The notes: generated by a model from the letters alone, not told the origin. DNA of 63,539 nt, filler included, from Thraustochytrium aureum (GCA_012862495.1; 5 parts of 5 records of this genome joined end to end with filler, not necessarily neighbours in it), one strand, 5' to 3'. Counted from the whole stretch's first letter, positions 31,586-44,444 are shown. A program made the numbers and translations.

Positions 31586-34484
31586 TCCAATGCATGCAGC
31601 ACTGGGTTCCAACTAGGAGACTACATAGCTGCCTCCTCAGGCAGCCTGAATCGGGGCATGTCTGTGCGCAGCTCCTGCAGCGCGCTCCAGCCCACAAACA
31701 AACAAAGCTTTTGACCTGACGATGGCGAAAGGTGACAGACGAAATGGTTGCCTTCATGAAATGTCCGCGGCAAACTTGACTATTTTTTTTTAAAAAATTT
31801 GCCGACAAATTGGCTGACGGGCGACGTCAGGGAAGNNNNNNNNNNNNNNNNNNNNNNNNNNNNNNNNNNNNNNNNNNNNTTAATTAATTAANNNNNNNNN
31901 NNNNNNNNNNNNNNNNNNNNNNNNNNNNNNNNNNNGCCATTTCAGGAGGTCCTGGCGAACGAACCACCAGTCTGGGGTCGACGCACGTACTAGTAGCTAC
32001 TTACCGATGAGCAGAGTGCCCAGCCACTGGCCACGGGCAGCGTGATCGACGCCGCCATCGACCCCTCATCACTCGAGCTACCTCTGTTAGAGGTCTGCGA
32101 GAGTGTCATTGTTGAGAGACCCTGCCCCTCTAAAAGGACAGGAAGATATTTCCTTGCGGGTCCCCACCCCACGTGAAATAATTAGCCCGTGATCGCGGCC
32201 ATGCAATCGCGCAGCTGCAGCAGCTCTCATCGTTCATTCATTCAGAACAGATGACTCGGAGCAGGCTCTCTACTAGAGCTAGCGAGAGACCGAGCAGGCT
32301 CGGTGGACCAACGTCTCGAGGAGGATCCTCAACAGCGAGCGTCCTTGTTCGCTCTGCGATTTCCCAGCGCGTGCCTACGCCGTGGGACGCGCCGGACACT
32401 TGTTGGCTTGCTTGCTGGCGCACCTCGAGCCGCCGAGGCTCCTCTGTCCGTCAGCTCCTCCGCCCTTCCGTTCAGCAGAGTCTCCGAGTCTGCTCGTGCT
32501 CTGGGGTCAGTACTACCCAGTCAAGTAGATACTTACTCTGCGAGTAGGTGCATACCTCTAGCGCTAGCCTCTAGCGCTAGCGAGCGGCGGTCTCCGCGAC
32601 GGAATGGCTCCGAGACTGCGGCCAGCACCGCCGACCCTCCGACGGCGCAAATGTCCCGACTGGGCTCTGACAATGCCCGCTTCGAACGGCCTCCCTCGCT
32701 GTCAGGCCGAATGGCGGAGGGCAGGATGGCGTTCATGGAGACTCGGCGCTGCGCTTCGGCAATGCTCGGGGCTCTTCTCGGCTGTCAACCGCTCGGAGCC
32801 TCCCTCGCCCGTGAGGCAAGCAACAACTCCAGCATCCTCTCCATGACAATGATCGCTTTTCCGCGTTTCTTCTTTCCTTTGTTTCGCCGACCTGGTCCGG
32901 ACGCAGAGCCGCAGCGCTCCAGGCCGACTTACCAGCTCAGCGCCAACTCGCGCCCACCAAGCGAGCACTATTCCGCCGGCGGACAGCGCGCTCAGCACCT
33001 GCACCTGTCGCTGCAGCCCCGAGCCCTCCAACCGCAACTCCATCCAAAAGCCCCGACCGAGCCAACTCCACGCAGGATCCTCCCTCCTGCTGCACGGATG
33101 CATCACACGAATGAGATCCTCAGTGAGGGAACCAGACTCAGTTCAGAATTCCAGAAAGTGAGCGAGCAGGCAGGCAGGTGAGTAGGTAGTAAAGAAATAT
33201 CTTTGCGCTGCCCCTCTATCTCGCGCCCTCTGCTCGGCCCACGCGATCCACCACACAAGCAAACTCTTGACACCCAAAACCAAACGCTACCAGCGCGAAA
33301 AAGCAAGAAAGCAAGCCACAGCAAAGCTGCGTCCGTCCCTTGTCTTGACGGAGTTCCCGGTGTGAGAACTGACGATCTCTGGGAGGGAACGAGTCCCGCC
33401 CTCCCAGCCGACGTACATACTATACAGGGCCACCAGCAGGCAGACAGACAGCCAGACAGCAGACAGAGAGAGAGGGACACGAGGCAGGGCGAGCTGCCAG
33501 GCAGGCAGGCAGACCCCCAACCTGAACGCACTCGCGCTAGCCGCCACAGGCNNNNNNNNNNNNNNNNNNNNNNNNNNNNNNNNNNNNNNNNNNNNNNNNN
33601 NNNNNNNNNNNNNNNNNNNNNNNNNNNNNNNNNNNNNNNNNNNNNNNNNNNNNNNNNNNNNNNNNNNNNNNNNNNNNNNNNNNNNNNNNNNNNNNNNNNN
33701 NNNNNNNNNNNNNNNNNNNNNNNNNNNNNNNNNNNNNNNNNNNNNNNNNNNNNNNNNNNNNNNNNNNNNNNNNNNNNNNNNNNNNNNNNNNNNNNNNNNN
33801 NNNNNNNNNNNNNNNNNNNNNNNNNNNNNNNNNNNNNNNNNNNNNNNNNNNNNNNNNNNNNNNNNNNNNNNNNNNNNNNNNNNNNNNNNNNNNNNNNNNN
33901 NNNNNNNNNNNNNNNNNNNNNNNNNNNNNNNNNNNNNNNNNNNNNNNNNNNNNNNNNNNNNNNNNNNNNNNNNNNNNNNNNNNNNNNNNNNNNNNNNNNN
34001 NNNNNNNNNNNNNNNNNNNNNNNNNNNNNNNNNNNNNNNNNNNNNNNNNNNNNNNNNNNNNNNNNNNNNNNNNNNNNNNNNNNNNNNNNNNNNNNNNNNN
34101 NNNNNNNNNNNNNNNNNNNNNNNNNNNNNNNNNNNNNNNNNNNNNNNNNNNNNNNNNNNNNNNNNNNNNNNNNNNNNNNNNNNNNNNNNNNNNNNNNNNN
34201 NNNNNNNNNNNNNNNNNNNNNNNNNNNNNNNNNNNNNNNNNNNNNNNNNNNNNNNNNNNNNNNNNNNNNNNNNNNNNNNNNNNNNNNNNNNNNNNNNNNN
34301 NNNNNNNNNNNNNNNNNNNNNNNNNNNNNNNNNNNNNNNNNNNNNNNNNNNNNNNNNNNNNNNNNNNNNNNNNNNNNNNNNNNNNNNNNNNNNNNNNNNN
34401 NNNNNNNNNNNNNNNNNNNNNNNNNNNNNNNNNNNNNNNNNNNNNNNNNNNNNNNNNNNNNNNNNNNNNNNNNNNNNNNNNNNA

Positions 34485-37467
34485 GATTAACGTGTTTTAC
34501 CGCGGTCGCCAGCTCGGCGATGACTGGCATGTGAGCACCAGCATGAGCGCCTCCGAGCGGCTGGTCTTCACCCGCTCGCGGCACTGCGGCAACATCCGCG
34601 TCATCGGGCTCGAAGCTCTCGCGCGCATGACGCCCAAGTCTCAGGCGGCTATCAGGTCCCTTCTGCGCGAGGTGAACGAGGGCTTCGAGGCCGGCATGAG
34701 CCCGGACCTGAGCGAAGAAGGGTCGGGCGGGACCTACTTTCTCAAGAACAAGGCGGGCTGCCGCGTCGCATGCTTCAAACCGCGGGACGAGGAGCCTTGC
34801 GCGGAGAACAATCCGCGCGGCGTCATAAACGCCGCGCAACGAGACGGCGTGCTCGTGGGCGAGTCGAGCCTGCGCGAGGTCGCGGCCTTCATCACGGACG
34901 AAGGCTCCTTCTCGGGGGTCCCCGAGACCATCCTGGTCGAGATGGCCCACCCTGACTTTCACTACCGCGGCCAAAAGATGTTTGCCAAAATGGGCTCGCT
35001 CCAGCGGTACGTGCAGGGCGAGTGCGCCTCGGACCTCAGCCCGCACCTCTTCCCTGTTGACGAGGTGCACAAGATCGGCATCCTGGACATCCGCCTCCTC
35101 AACGCCGACAGAAACGACGCAAACCTACTCGTCTCGCGCCTCCCAAAGGCCGACCCCGCATCTGGGCCTCGTCACGGCAGCCATTCGTATGACAGCGATG
35201 CGAGCAACATGCCCCCGCCCCCTGCCTTGCGAAAGCCGCGCTCGTACTCGTCGAGCAGCCACGCCGACTTTGAATACAGCCTGGTCCCCATCGACCACGG
35301 CTTTTGCTTGCCAGACCGACTTCGCGTCGGCTGGTGCGACCTCTGCTGGCTCGACTGGCCCCAGGCCCGCAAACCGTTCAGCGAGGCCACGAAAGCCTGG
35401 GTGCGCGCGTACGATGTCGATGCCAACGTGGCCCGCCTGCGCAACGAACTCAACATCCGCGAGCCCTGTCTTCGCCTTGTCAAAATCGCGGGCATGCTCC
35501 TGAAAATGGGCGTCGAGGCTGGCCTCTGCCTGCACGACATTGCCTCCATTCTTGTGCGCCAAGACATCGACGCGCCATCTGTTCTGGAAAACCAGGTCAC
35601 TCGGAGTATCGAGCTTGCCAACATGATGCTCCGCAACTCGCGCGTAAAGGGCGCCAGCCCTCGGACCGCTTCTCCTGCGCTCTGCGGGATGCGGTCGCCG
35701 CGCTCCCGTCGTGCCACGCTATCTTCTGTTGTGCTGCCCGAGTGCACGGGCGACGCGTGGGAGTCGTCCTTTTCGATCACCTCAGGAGCGCCCATTTACG
35801 AACCCAACGTCGAGCTCTCGCTTCCCTCGAAAGCGCGGTCTGGGATGCGTGGCCACGCAGCCTCCAGCGCTGCGATGAAAGACCCAGCTACGGCAACCTC
35901 GACTTGTTCGCCTCCGTCCTCTTTGGGGACCCTTCGCGCCGAGGCAGCGTCGCGCCAGTCCAACGAGGGCAACGCTCTCGGACAGGCCGACAGAGACTCG
36001 TCGACCGCATCAACAGGGTCATTCGATTCTGGCTCGCAGCCAACGTCGACTTCGCCCTCGTCGACGCTCTCAGGCCTTTCGGGCGGCCTTGATCTCACCG
36101 TGTGCTCCTCCTCCTCCCAGGCCGCGTCAGACTCTGGCACGGACTTTGCCGAGGAGCAAGGCTCGCTCTCCGCAAGCCTTTCGGCGTCGCGCCCCATCCT
36201 GCTGCGCATCAACAGCGGTGGCTCGCTGCTCCACTCGAGCGGGCCTTGGCAAGGCAATTCAGCACCTGACGCNNNNNNNNNNNNNNNNNNNNNNNNNNNN
36301 NNNNNNNNNNNNNNNNNNNNNNNNNNNNNNNNNNNNNNNNNNNNNNNNNNNNNNNNNNNNNNNNNNNNNNNNNNNNNNNNNNNNNNNNNNNNNNNNNNNN
36401 NNNNNNNNNNNNNNNNNNNNNNCCGCTCCACGCCAAAGGAGGGGCTCCCTGAGCTTGCCCTCGACGACGAAGATCCCCGCTTGACCAAGAGTTGGGGCCG
36501 ATCCATGGCGTCGCGTCGCCAGACGGCGGGCCCTGCGGTCTCCCTCGCAGGTCTCGGCATCTCCGATGCCCTTGAAGACGAGGACACGTACGGGGCTCTG
36601 CCAGAGCACGAGGGTTACGGTTCCGGCGACATCGACGACCAGCGCAGGAACTCGGTGGACAGCAGTGCCCCAAAGCAGGGCCTCTTCGAAAAGTACTTTT
36701 TCGAGTACCTCGAGCGCCTCGTCCAGGACGTGATCCTCTGCGTGCAGACGCACCGCAAGAGCGACAATTCCCTGTTTCGGCGGTCCAGCTCGCGCCACCT
36801 GACCTCGCCTCACCGGGTCCTCGAGAACCGCGGCAGGTGCGAATCAATGGCGAGCTTCTTCACCGAATCTCCAACAAACATCGAGCAGGAGCCCGAGGAG
36901 GGCCCCAAACTCGTTCGATCCGAGTCGCTCCCGATGGACCTCCCTGTCGTCCTAGGTCGCGAAACCAAACAGCCGCGCTCCCCGCGCCGCACAAACCCTC
37001 TCGCAAGCGCTTCGCGTGCCGCACTGCTCTGGTCCTCAACCGCCGCCACCTCTGGGGCGGCCGAGCATGACGTTGACCATAGCCACAGGTCAGGGCTGGC
37101 GGCGCGCGGAAAAGACTCTGCGGATTGGACCAAGCATGCTGCCTCGCAGGACGCGCCGTCCCAAGGGCTTGAGCGCTTTCGCAGCATCGCTCAGCGTGGA
37201 GCCCATGGAGTTGATGCCGCTTGCCGCGAGCGTGCAAAGCCGGCGTCCAGCGGCACCACCAAGGCGGAGGGGCACAAGACTGGGATCCTCTGCTCCCCAG
37301 TTGCGTTCACCAAGCACGTGCGCAGCGCGCTCACGCCGTCTTCGCCCGACAAAAGCAGCCAATCTGCAACCGTGACGCCCAAGCCTCCTCCTGCTCAGAG
37401 TACCTCCGCAAAGTCGCGCTTGGGCTGGTTTGGGGCTCACAACAAGCAGCGCCTGCCGCTGCGATAG
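34485..37467 (+). CDS. Type II phosphatidylinositol 4-kinase (plant PI4K-gamma-like) with a possible ubiquitin-like N-terminal remnant and a long Ser-rich tail; 5' end in gap
   Basis: EEGSGGTYF, FKPRDEEP, REVAA, GVPET, KMGSLQRYV, VHKIGILDIRLLNADRNDANLLV, LVPIDHGFCLP. Confidence 0.9.
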
Positions 37468-37719
37468 CCGTTCGGTGCAGAAGGCCTGCGTGTGCTCAGC
37501 GCCCTGCAAATATTCGTATATCAGCCTGATTACGTCGCGCCTGTTGCCAGCTTGGGCAGCGGCGGCGGCTACACCAAGCGCAAACGTTCCCATTCGCGTT
37601 GTGTGCTCGACAGCAAGTCCGTACATTTGCCTCGGCACCACCATTTATATAAGCTTTACACGTTTTTTTTAAACTCTCGCTGCGACCCACGCGACGCGCA
37701 AGATGCTGGCGGTGCGGTC

Positions 37720-38957
37720 CTACTTTGGCAACGGTGGGGGGGTCGGCGGCGGAAACTTGGTCTCCTCGAGCGATGGGCCGGCCGGCGGGAGCGTTGCCGC
37801 ATCAGTCTGGCCGTCAACAAACGGAAGCCGGTGTGTCATGCTAGATGCGGCTGCAGCTTCTACCTGGGCGCCCAGCCCCGGGCCCGATCGGGCATCGTTG
37901 CCACCCGTGGCTTTGATAGAGTCCATCAAAGCGGACATTGNNNNNNNNNNNNNNNNNNNNNNNNNNNNNNNNNNNNNNNNNNNNNNNNNNNNNNNNNNNN
38001 NNNNNNNNNNNNNNNNNNNNNNNNNNNNNNNNNNNNNNNNNNNNNNNNNNNNNNNNNNNNNNNNNNNNNNNNNNNNNNNNNNNNNNNNNNNNNNNNNNNN
38101 NNNNNNNNNNNNNNNNNNNNNNNNNNNNNNNNNNNNNNNNNNNNNNNNNNNNNNNNNNNNNNNNNNNNNNNNNNNNNNNNNNNNNNNNNNNNNNNNNNNN
38201 NNNNNNNNNNNNNNNNNNNNNNNNNNNNNNNNNNNNNNNNNNNNNNNNNNNNNNNNNNNNNNNNNNNNNNNNNNNNNNNNNNNNNNNNNNNNNNNNNNNN
38301 NNNNNNNNNNNNNNNNNNNNNNNNNNNNNNNNNNNNNNNNNNNNNNNNNNNNNNNNNNNNNNNNNNNNNNNNNNNNNNNNNNNNNNNNNNNNNNNNNNNN
38401 NNNNNNNNNNNNNNNNNNNNNNNNNNNNNNNNNNNNNNNNNNNNNNNNNNNNNNNNNNNNNNNNNNNNNNNNNNNNNNNNNNNNNNNNNNNNNNNNNNNN
38501 NNNNNNNNNNNNNNNNNNNNNNNNNNNNNNNNNNNNNNNNNNNNNNNNNNNNNNNNNNNNNNNNNNNNNNNNNNNNNNNNNNNNNNNNNNNNNNNNNNNN
38601 NNNNNNNNNNNNNNNNNNNNNNNNNNNNNNNNNNNNNNNNNNNNNNNNNNNNNNNNNNNNNNCGCGAATCCCCTCATCGGGACGCAGGGGCGGCGGCGAC
38701 CCCGGCGGGGGCGGCAGCACCACCATCGCTTGCGAGAGTCGTTGAAGCCCGTTGACGGTCCGGTCCGTCTCAAGCACACCAACTTTGACGGCCAGCCTCC
38801 CCGCCCGCCTGCCTCGCCGCAGGCGCAGCAAGCTCCACGCTCTGCGTCCTCGCTGTATCACCGCCTGCTGCAGCTGCTCGCCTTTGCGGTCAATGCGTCC
38901 GAGCGCCGCTGGGGTCTTCTTCTTCGAGCGCCTTGTGTCTGTCTCGCTGGGACACAT
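37720..38957 (-). CDS. Possible Pro-rich hypothetical protein spanning a gap
   Basis: Open frames on both sides of the gap with PPPPGSPPP and PPPTPPPLPK; no recognisable domain. Confidence 0.25.
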
Positions 38958-39028
38958 TTCTGTTGGTGAACAAAAGAACAAAATAAGGAAGGAACAAGCG
39001 CCTCAATTCCGACGTGTCTTCGAATACC

Positions 39029-39384
39029 CGCAACGGGATCGAGTTGCAATGCTGCCGCGGGTGGAATTGGTGCTGCGCTGGTGATGCCTGTTGTGCTCTG
39101 CTACTGCATGGTCTCTGCGAAGCAACAAGATCGAGTTGCAATGCTGCCGCGGGCGGAATTGGTGCTGCGCAGGCGATGCCTGTTGTGCTCTGCTACTGCA
39201 GGGTCTCTGCGCGGCAACGGGATCGAGTTGCAATGCTGCCGCGGGCGGAATTGGTGCTGTTATCCTCTGCTACTGCATGGTCTCTGCGCCGCAACGGGAT
39301 CGAGTTGCAATGCCTGCCGCGGGCGGAATTGGTGCTGCGCTGGTGATGCCTGTTGTGCTCTGCTACTGCATGGTCTCTGCGCCG
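39029..39384 (+). repeat. Minisatellite of about 90 bp, 4 copies (third copy internally deleted)
   Basis: Unit GCAACGGGATCGAGTTGCAATGCTGCCGCGGGCGGAATTGGTGCTGCGCTGGTGATGCCTGTTGTGCTCTGCTACTGCATGGTCTCTGC. Confidence 0.92.
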
Positions 39385-39604
39385 CTATTGCTCGGGCTTG
39401 ACGCGCGCAACGCAGTGTGGGTTCGCAAGCTCAGGCGAGCCTTGGTGCTGCGGTTAAATGGTGGGCTCGATGGCGCTGCGCGCCGGCGAAGCGCGAGCTG
39501 ACAACGCGAGGGGTATTCGTGCAAATGGGCGCGGGGAAGTTTGGGCTCTAGCTACAGGTAGGAAGGGACAGATCGCGAGCCGCGCGCGCCGCGGCGATGC
39601 GAGA

Positions 39605-41155
39605 CTAAAAGTGCTTGCCGCCCTTGCCGCCAGCAAATCCTGGAAGCATACCCGTCGAGGAGACCTCGGACACCTTCGAGTACCAGCTCGAGTTGGAGAA
39701 AAAGCTGGTGCGACAAGAGCGTGAGGCAGACTGACTGGATAACCAGCACGCCGCCCGTGACAACGCGGTGCTGCAGGTAGTGCGCAAAGACGAGGCGATC
39801 ACCACGAGAATGGGGAAAGCGAAGAACCAGATCCCCCCGAGCAGCTGGAGGCGACGCAGAAAGCCCTCGAGCTGCATCTGGCCGCGGACCTCGTCCGACG
39901 AAATCGTCCCCGACGCGCTGGCCAGGAACGTCGCCCCAAGCGCGACGCGCTGGAACAGCAGAAACTTGCCCGAGATCCCGTCATAGTCGTGGAACTTGAG
40001 AAAGTCGTCGTCCTGAACCTTGTTGACCACCTGCAAGATGGTTGAAACAAAAATGAGCACGATCAGAATGAAGAGCGTCGGCGTCTCGTCGTCCAGCGTC
40101 GGTCTGTTGAGAATTTGCTTGAGCAGCGAGGGCTTGTTGGTGCTAGGTCGCCTGGAAAAGTCGACAAGCGTCCACCCGTTTCCGAGGCAGAGCAAGCAGA
40201 ACGAGATTATGAGCTGGCTGAGGCCCTCGAGCGACTCGGAAAGAAAATCAAACATGAACACGCCTGTCCCGTTGTAGCCGTACCGCCACAGGTGCAGGAT
40301 CTCAAGCACTACAGGAGCCGATCTCGAACACGTACGAAAAGGCGAACGCCTTGACCATGGCATGCGAGCCGACGAAAATGCCGTTCCCGGTCCGCTTCTT
40401 GTACTTGGAGGAGCTGTGGAAAAAGTAACCGCCCATGCACAGGGTGACGATCCAGTACAGCGTTGGGAGTCCGCGCTCGTCGGCCGGAAGGTGGTCCCCG
40501 TCCGGGTTGAGCAGCGTCATCGTGTACTCGAAGCGGTTGCGCTTGAGGCGGCGCCGCTTCTTGTGGCCAGGCGTCGAGACGGAAAAGGTCGCGCCTTCCT
40601 CTTCGCCAGAGTCGGTGTCGCCGCTCTCGTACCCCTTGCAGTCGGCAATCACGACATACCAGCCGTACGTCCGCACGCTGTGCGAGATGGCCCAGGAGAA
40701 CTCCCAATAGTGCTTGTTGGAGCCATCGATGTTGACAGGTTCCTTGGCCGTCCCTGTCCCGATGCCGATGGACCGCAGCGAGCCCACTGCGGAGGTGATA
40801 TCGTTGGCCGATCCGCGAAAATGTTGTTAGCAACTACACCTGCGCCCGCGCGCAGGACTTGTGAAAACGTACCTTTGAACCTCGTGTGCGCGTGCTTGAC
40901 CTTGTGGCAATCGTCCTCCGCGTGGAACGCCTCTTTCCAGTTGGTGTCCATGAACAGGTAGATCGACCCGCGCGGAGCGCCTGTGTAGGTGATGTTGCCT
41001 TTGATGAAGCTCGCCCCCGGGCGGAACGAGAACTTGGTGACCTCGTTGATCCGCTCCGTGCCAAAGTACCCGACACCAGACACATACTTGCCCACCGCAC
41101 TATCCACGACCAGCGCAGCCGCCGCCACCAGCGCCGCGCAGCGCAGTCCGAGCAT
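39605..41155 (-). CDS. GPR180/TMEM145-family protein (GOLD-like ectodomain + 7TM); intron 40872-40787, apparent frameshifts near 40320, 39790 and 39700
   Basis: Signal peptide; YGWYVVIADC; YTMTLLNPDGDHLPADERG; LHLWRYGYNGTG; LGNGWTL; FHDYDG; WFFAFP; QHRVVTGGVLVIQS; WYSKVS. Intron GTACGT...GCTAAC...GCAG. Confidence 0.8.
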
Positions 41156-41730
41156 CCTCGAGGCCCTGCCTTGCGTCCGGCCCAACAGGTCCTTGATCAC
41201 GACGACAATCTGGGCGCCACAAACCTGCCGCAAGTCCGCACGCTCGTCCACCGACAGCGACACGCGGCCTCCTGCCCCGCTCGCTCGGCTTGCAGCTGCT
41301 GAGGCTGCGCCGCCGCCGCACGCGCCCGAGAGGCTCTGCGCGTCGCTCGTCGTGTGGTGCACATGTGCAGTAAGTAGGAAGTAGGTAGGAGATTCGCTTT
41401 GTTCACCGCCCGCCAGTGTTCTTTTCATTCTTTCAATNNNNNNNNNNNNNNNNNNNNNNNNNNNNNNNNNNNNNNNNNNNNNNNNNNNNNNNNNNNNNNN
41501 NNNNNNNNNNNNNNNNNNNNNNNNNNNNNNNNNNNNNNNNNNNNNNNNNNNNNNNNNNNNNNNNNNNNNNNNNNNNNNNNNNNNNNNNNNNNNNNNNNNN
41601 NNNNNNNNNNNNNNNNNNNNNNNNNNNNNNNNNNNNNNNNNNNNNNNNNNNNNNNNNNNNNNNNNNNNNNNNNNNNNNNNNNNNNNNNNNNNNNNNNNNN
41701 NNNNNNNNNNNNNNNNNNNNNNNNNNNNNG

Positions 41731-43065
41731 TCAATGCCGCTTGGACATGTCGCCGCGGGGCGGCGCGGCTGTCGTGGATATTGAGGCGTGAAGCGCAGCA
41801 ACCGCCTGGCTCAAAGCCGTCCCAATCGAGCTGCGCAAGATGCTGTCGGCCTCAAGGGCTGCGCAGACGTCGCTGTTGCTGCTGGGCAGCGCTTCCTTGC
41901 GCGGGTCCCCATCTGCCAGCGCGTGCGGGTTCGCCTCGCAGCAGGCCGGCAAGGCGAGGTTACGTCGACAGCCGTCCAAGCCAGCGAAAATGAGCGCAGC
42001 TGCACCGAGGTATGCGTTACCCGTTGCGTCAAAGGTCTTGACTTCAAAGTTTGTACTCGGTCCGCCGAGGCCCGACGTGAGGCGCACCGGGCACTCCCGA
42101 TTTTCCAATCCCCAGACCTTGTACGCCCCAGCCCACGAGTTGACGCGGATGCGCAGAAAAGACTCTTCTGTCGACATCAGAAAAGCCATCGCCGCAGGCA
42201 AGTGATCAACTACGCCCGCCATGAACGTGCGACCGGTCTCCGTGAGCCCGTACCCCGGCGCGCCGACAGGCTGCGTCGCGAACAAGTTGGACCCGTCGCA
42301 AGCTGCAAGCCCGATGTGGCAGTGTTGGCCGTTTCCCGCTTGGGTCTCGGCGGCCTTCGGCCGGAACGAGGCCACGAGGCCGTGGCGCGCAGAAACGTCG
42401 GAAATGACCTCCTTGGCCATCGACAATCTGTCAACTGCTTCGCGAGCCGAGTGATGAGCGAGCGCGATCTCGTACTGCCCACTCGCAGACTCGCAGTGGA
42501 AGTGGAGGACTCGGACACCGGCCGCCAGCTCAAGCTCGGTGACAATCGCGAGAAGCACGCCCATCTGCTCGTCAAGGGCGCGACTTGACGCGTACAGGTC
42601 CTGGTCGACAGGCTGGCTGCCCTTTCCGAGCAGCAAAAACTCGATTTCGAAACCGAGCGTGACTGTGGCGCCGATCTCGCTCGCGGCGAGGTCACAGGCT
42701 CTGCGCAGCACGGACCGGGGACACAGCTCTGACGGCGTCCCGTCCTCCTCGAGCAGGTCGCACATCGCAACGTTCATGCCCTGCATCCCGCAAAACGTCG
42801 CTTCGTCGGCCGGGCTGACGATGAGCTCTCCGGAAGACGGGACCGCGCAGGCTTCGACAACGCAGTCATCCGTGAACGGCATGGCAAGGCACACCTTGGC
42901 TACCTTGCACGGCGCTGCCCCGTCCGCAACACAGCGCGCGCGGCGGACGCCTCCGAGGTCAGTCCACACGTGCTTGGTGAATCGCCGCCTCGTTGCCGCC
43001 ACCGCGGCGAGAAGCGCCTCATCCGTGCCTTCGCTCGAGCGCGCAGAGCTCGCCGCCTGGCGCAT
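41731..43065 (-). CDS. Glutamine synthetase type I-like (FluG/lengsin/gamma-glutamyl-amine ligase-like) protein
   Basis: LCPRSVLRR, GFEIEFLLL, HCESASGQYEI, QAGNGQHCHIGL, WGLENRECPVR, NFEVKTFDATGNAYLG. Confidence 0.88.
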   Translation of the reverse strand: MRQAASSARSSEGTDEALLAAVAATRRRFTKHVWTDLGGVRRARCVADGAAPCKVAKVCLAMPFTDDCVVEACAVPSSGELIVSPADEATFCGMQGMNVAMCDLLEEDGTPSELCPRSVLRRACDLAASEIGATVTLGFEIEFLLLGKGSQPVDQDLYASSRALDEQMGVLLAIVTELELAAGVRVLHFHCESASGQYEIALAHHSAREAVDRLSMAKEVISDVSARHGLVASFRPKAAETQAGNGQHCHIGLAACDGSNLFATQPVGAPGYGLTETGRTFMAGVVDHLPAAMAFLMSTEESFLRIRVNSWAGAYKVWGLENRECPVRLTSGLGGPSTNFEVKTFDATGNAYLGAAALIFAGLDGCRRNLALPACCEANPHALADGDPRKEALPSSNSDVCAALEADSILRSSIGTALSQAVAALHASISTTAAPPRGDMSKRH

Positions 43066-43719
43066 TCTTGTCAACCAAATCGAGGGACTTGCACCGAGCC
43101 GGCCACCATCATGATCGACGACACCTCGGACGCAAGACACGCCAGAATCCTTTTATTGGACGTTAGGTTTCTCTCCGTCTTTCACGTCACCTTCCGTACA
43201 CCGCGTCTCTTTCCGTTGTTCACGGTACTTACCTTTTCTAGTGTGTATTTTCAGTTTTGACGGTACTTTCCGTCGGCAGCGCGTGGCGGCGGTTTCCAAG
43301 TTTCCGTGTTCGACGGAAGTTGACGTAGTTGATGGGCGCAGGCGCCGAGTGAACAAGCGGGCAGAGCAGGAGCGCTGGCTGGGACGAGCANNNNNNNNNN
43401 NNNNNNNNNNNNNNNNNNNNNNNNNNNNNNNNNNNNNNNNNNNNNNNNNNNNNNNNNNNNNNNNNNNNNNNNNNNNNNNNNNNNNNNNNNNNNNNNNNNN
43501 NNNNNNNNNNNNNNNNNNNNNNNNNNNNNNNNNNNNNNNNNNNNNNNNNNNNNNNNNNNNNNNNNNNNNNNNNNNNNNNNNNNNNNNNNNNNNNNNNNNN
43601 NNNTGGAGGGCCGCGGAGGCAGGGGCTTTGGCGCGAGGCGGACGGGTGCAGGAGCGAGCGAGCGCGACAAGAGCGGCTGCGAGGACCCTGGGCGCGGCGT
43701 CGTGAACAAAAAAAGAAGG

Positions 43720-44291
43720 ATGGCTGACGAGGGCACGGCGTCGGCGCCGATGGACACGTCCGGGGACGTCGGCAGTAACTTGAAACACGAGGGGGCCATA
43801 GAGGTACGTTGTGCGCCTGCCGCGGCGGCCGCCACGGCGATTGGCTGCTGACTGGGTGCGGTGCGGATCGGCGAGGTGAACGCAGGAGGCCGGCGACGCG
43901 AGCAAAATCGAGAGCGAGGTCAGCGCGTTGCTCGGGAAACCGGGCACGAAGTACGAGTCGAAGAAAGCCGATGAGGCAGCCGCCAAGGGCCCCGAAGGAT
44001 CGGCCAAGTCGAACAAGAACACCCTTCCAATCCGTGCTTATCTTGACCAGACTGTCGTCCCGACGCTTCTGAGCGGCCTTTCGCAGCTCGTCAAGGAGCG
44101 CCCGGACGGCGACGAGATCGCGTGGCTCGCGCACTGGCTCATCCGTAACGTAAGTTGCCGTGCATCCGCCCCGGATCTGCTTTGGGCGCCGCGCGTTTGC
44201 GAGTAAAGGGGCGCTGTGGGCTGACCAGTCTGAGCACGTGGCACAGAACCCCAACTCCAAGGCCAACGCGTCGGCGCCGTCTTCAAGCTAA
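43720..44291 (+). CDS. DPY30: DPY-30 domain protein; exons 43720-43803, 43886-44149, 44247-44291
   Basis: [27 protein letters not shown]...[13 protein letters not shown]. Introns GTACGT..CTGAC..CAG and GTAAGT..CTGAC..CAG keep the frame. Confidence 0.85.
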
Positions 44292-44444
44292 ACAGAAGCG
44301 ACTCTGGCGGGATCAGAGTAGCGCTACGCTGCAGGACGGCCTTGCGCTTGCGGGCCAGAGGGCTAGCTTGGCTAGATCGATGTCGTTGCAGTGTACCTCA
44401 CGAACTCTCGCTGTTTCGGCATGGTCTTTATTTTCCTTCTACCA

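Noticed and set aside
31936..33551. Ser/Pro-rich ORFs upstream of the PI4K gap
   Set aside because: No domain signal; I cannot distinguish N-terminal exons from UTR or intergenic sequence.
39029..39384. CRISPR-like appearance of the repeat array
   Set aside because: The units are contiguous with no unique spacers, there are no cas genes, and the context is eukaryotic.
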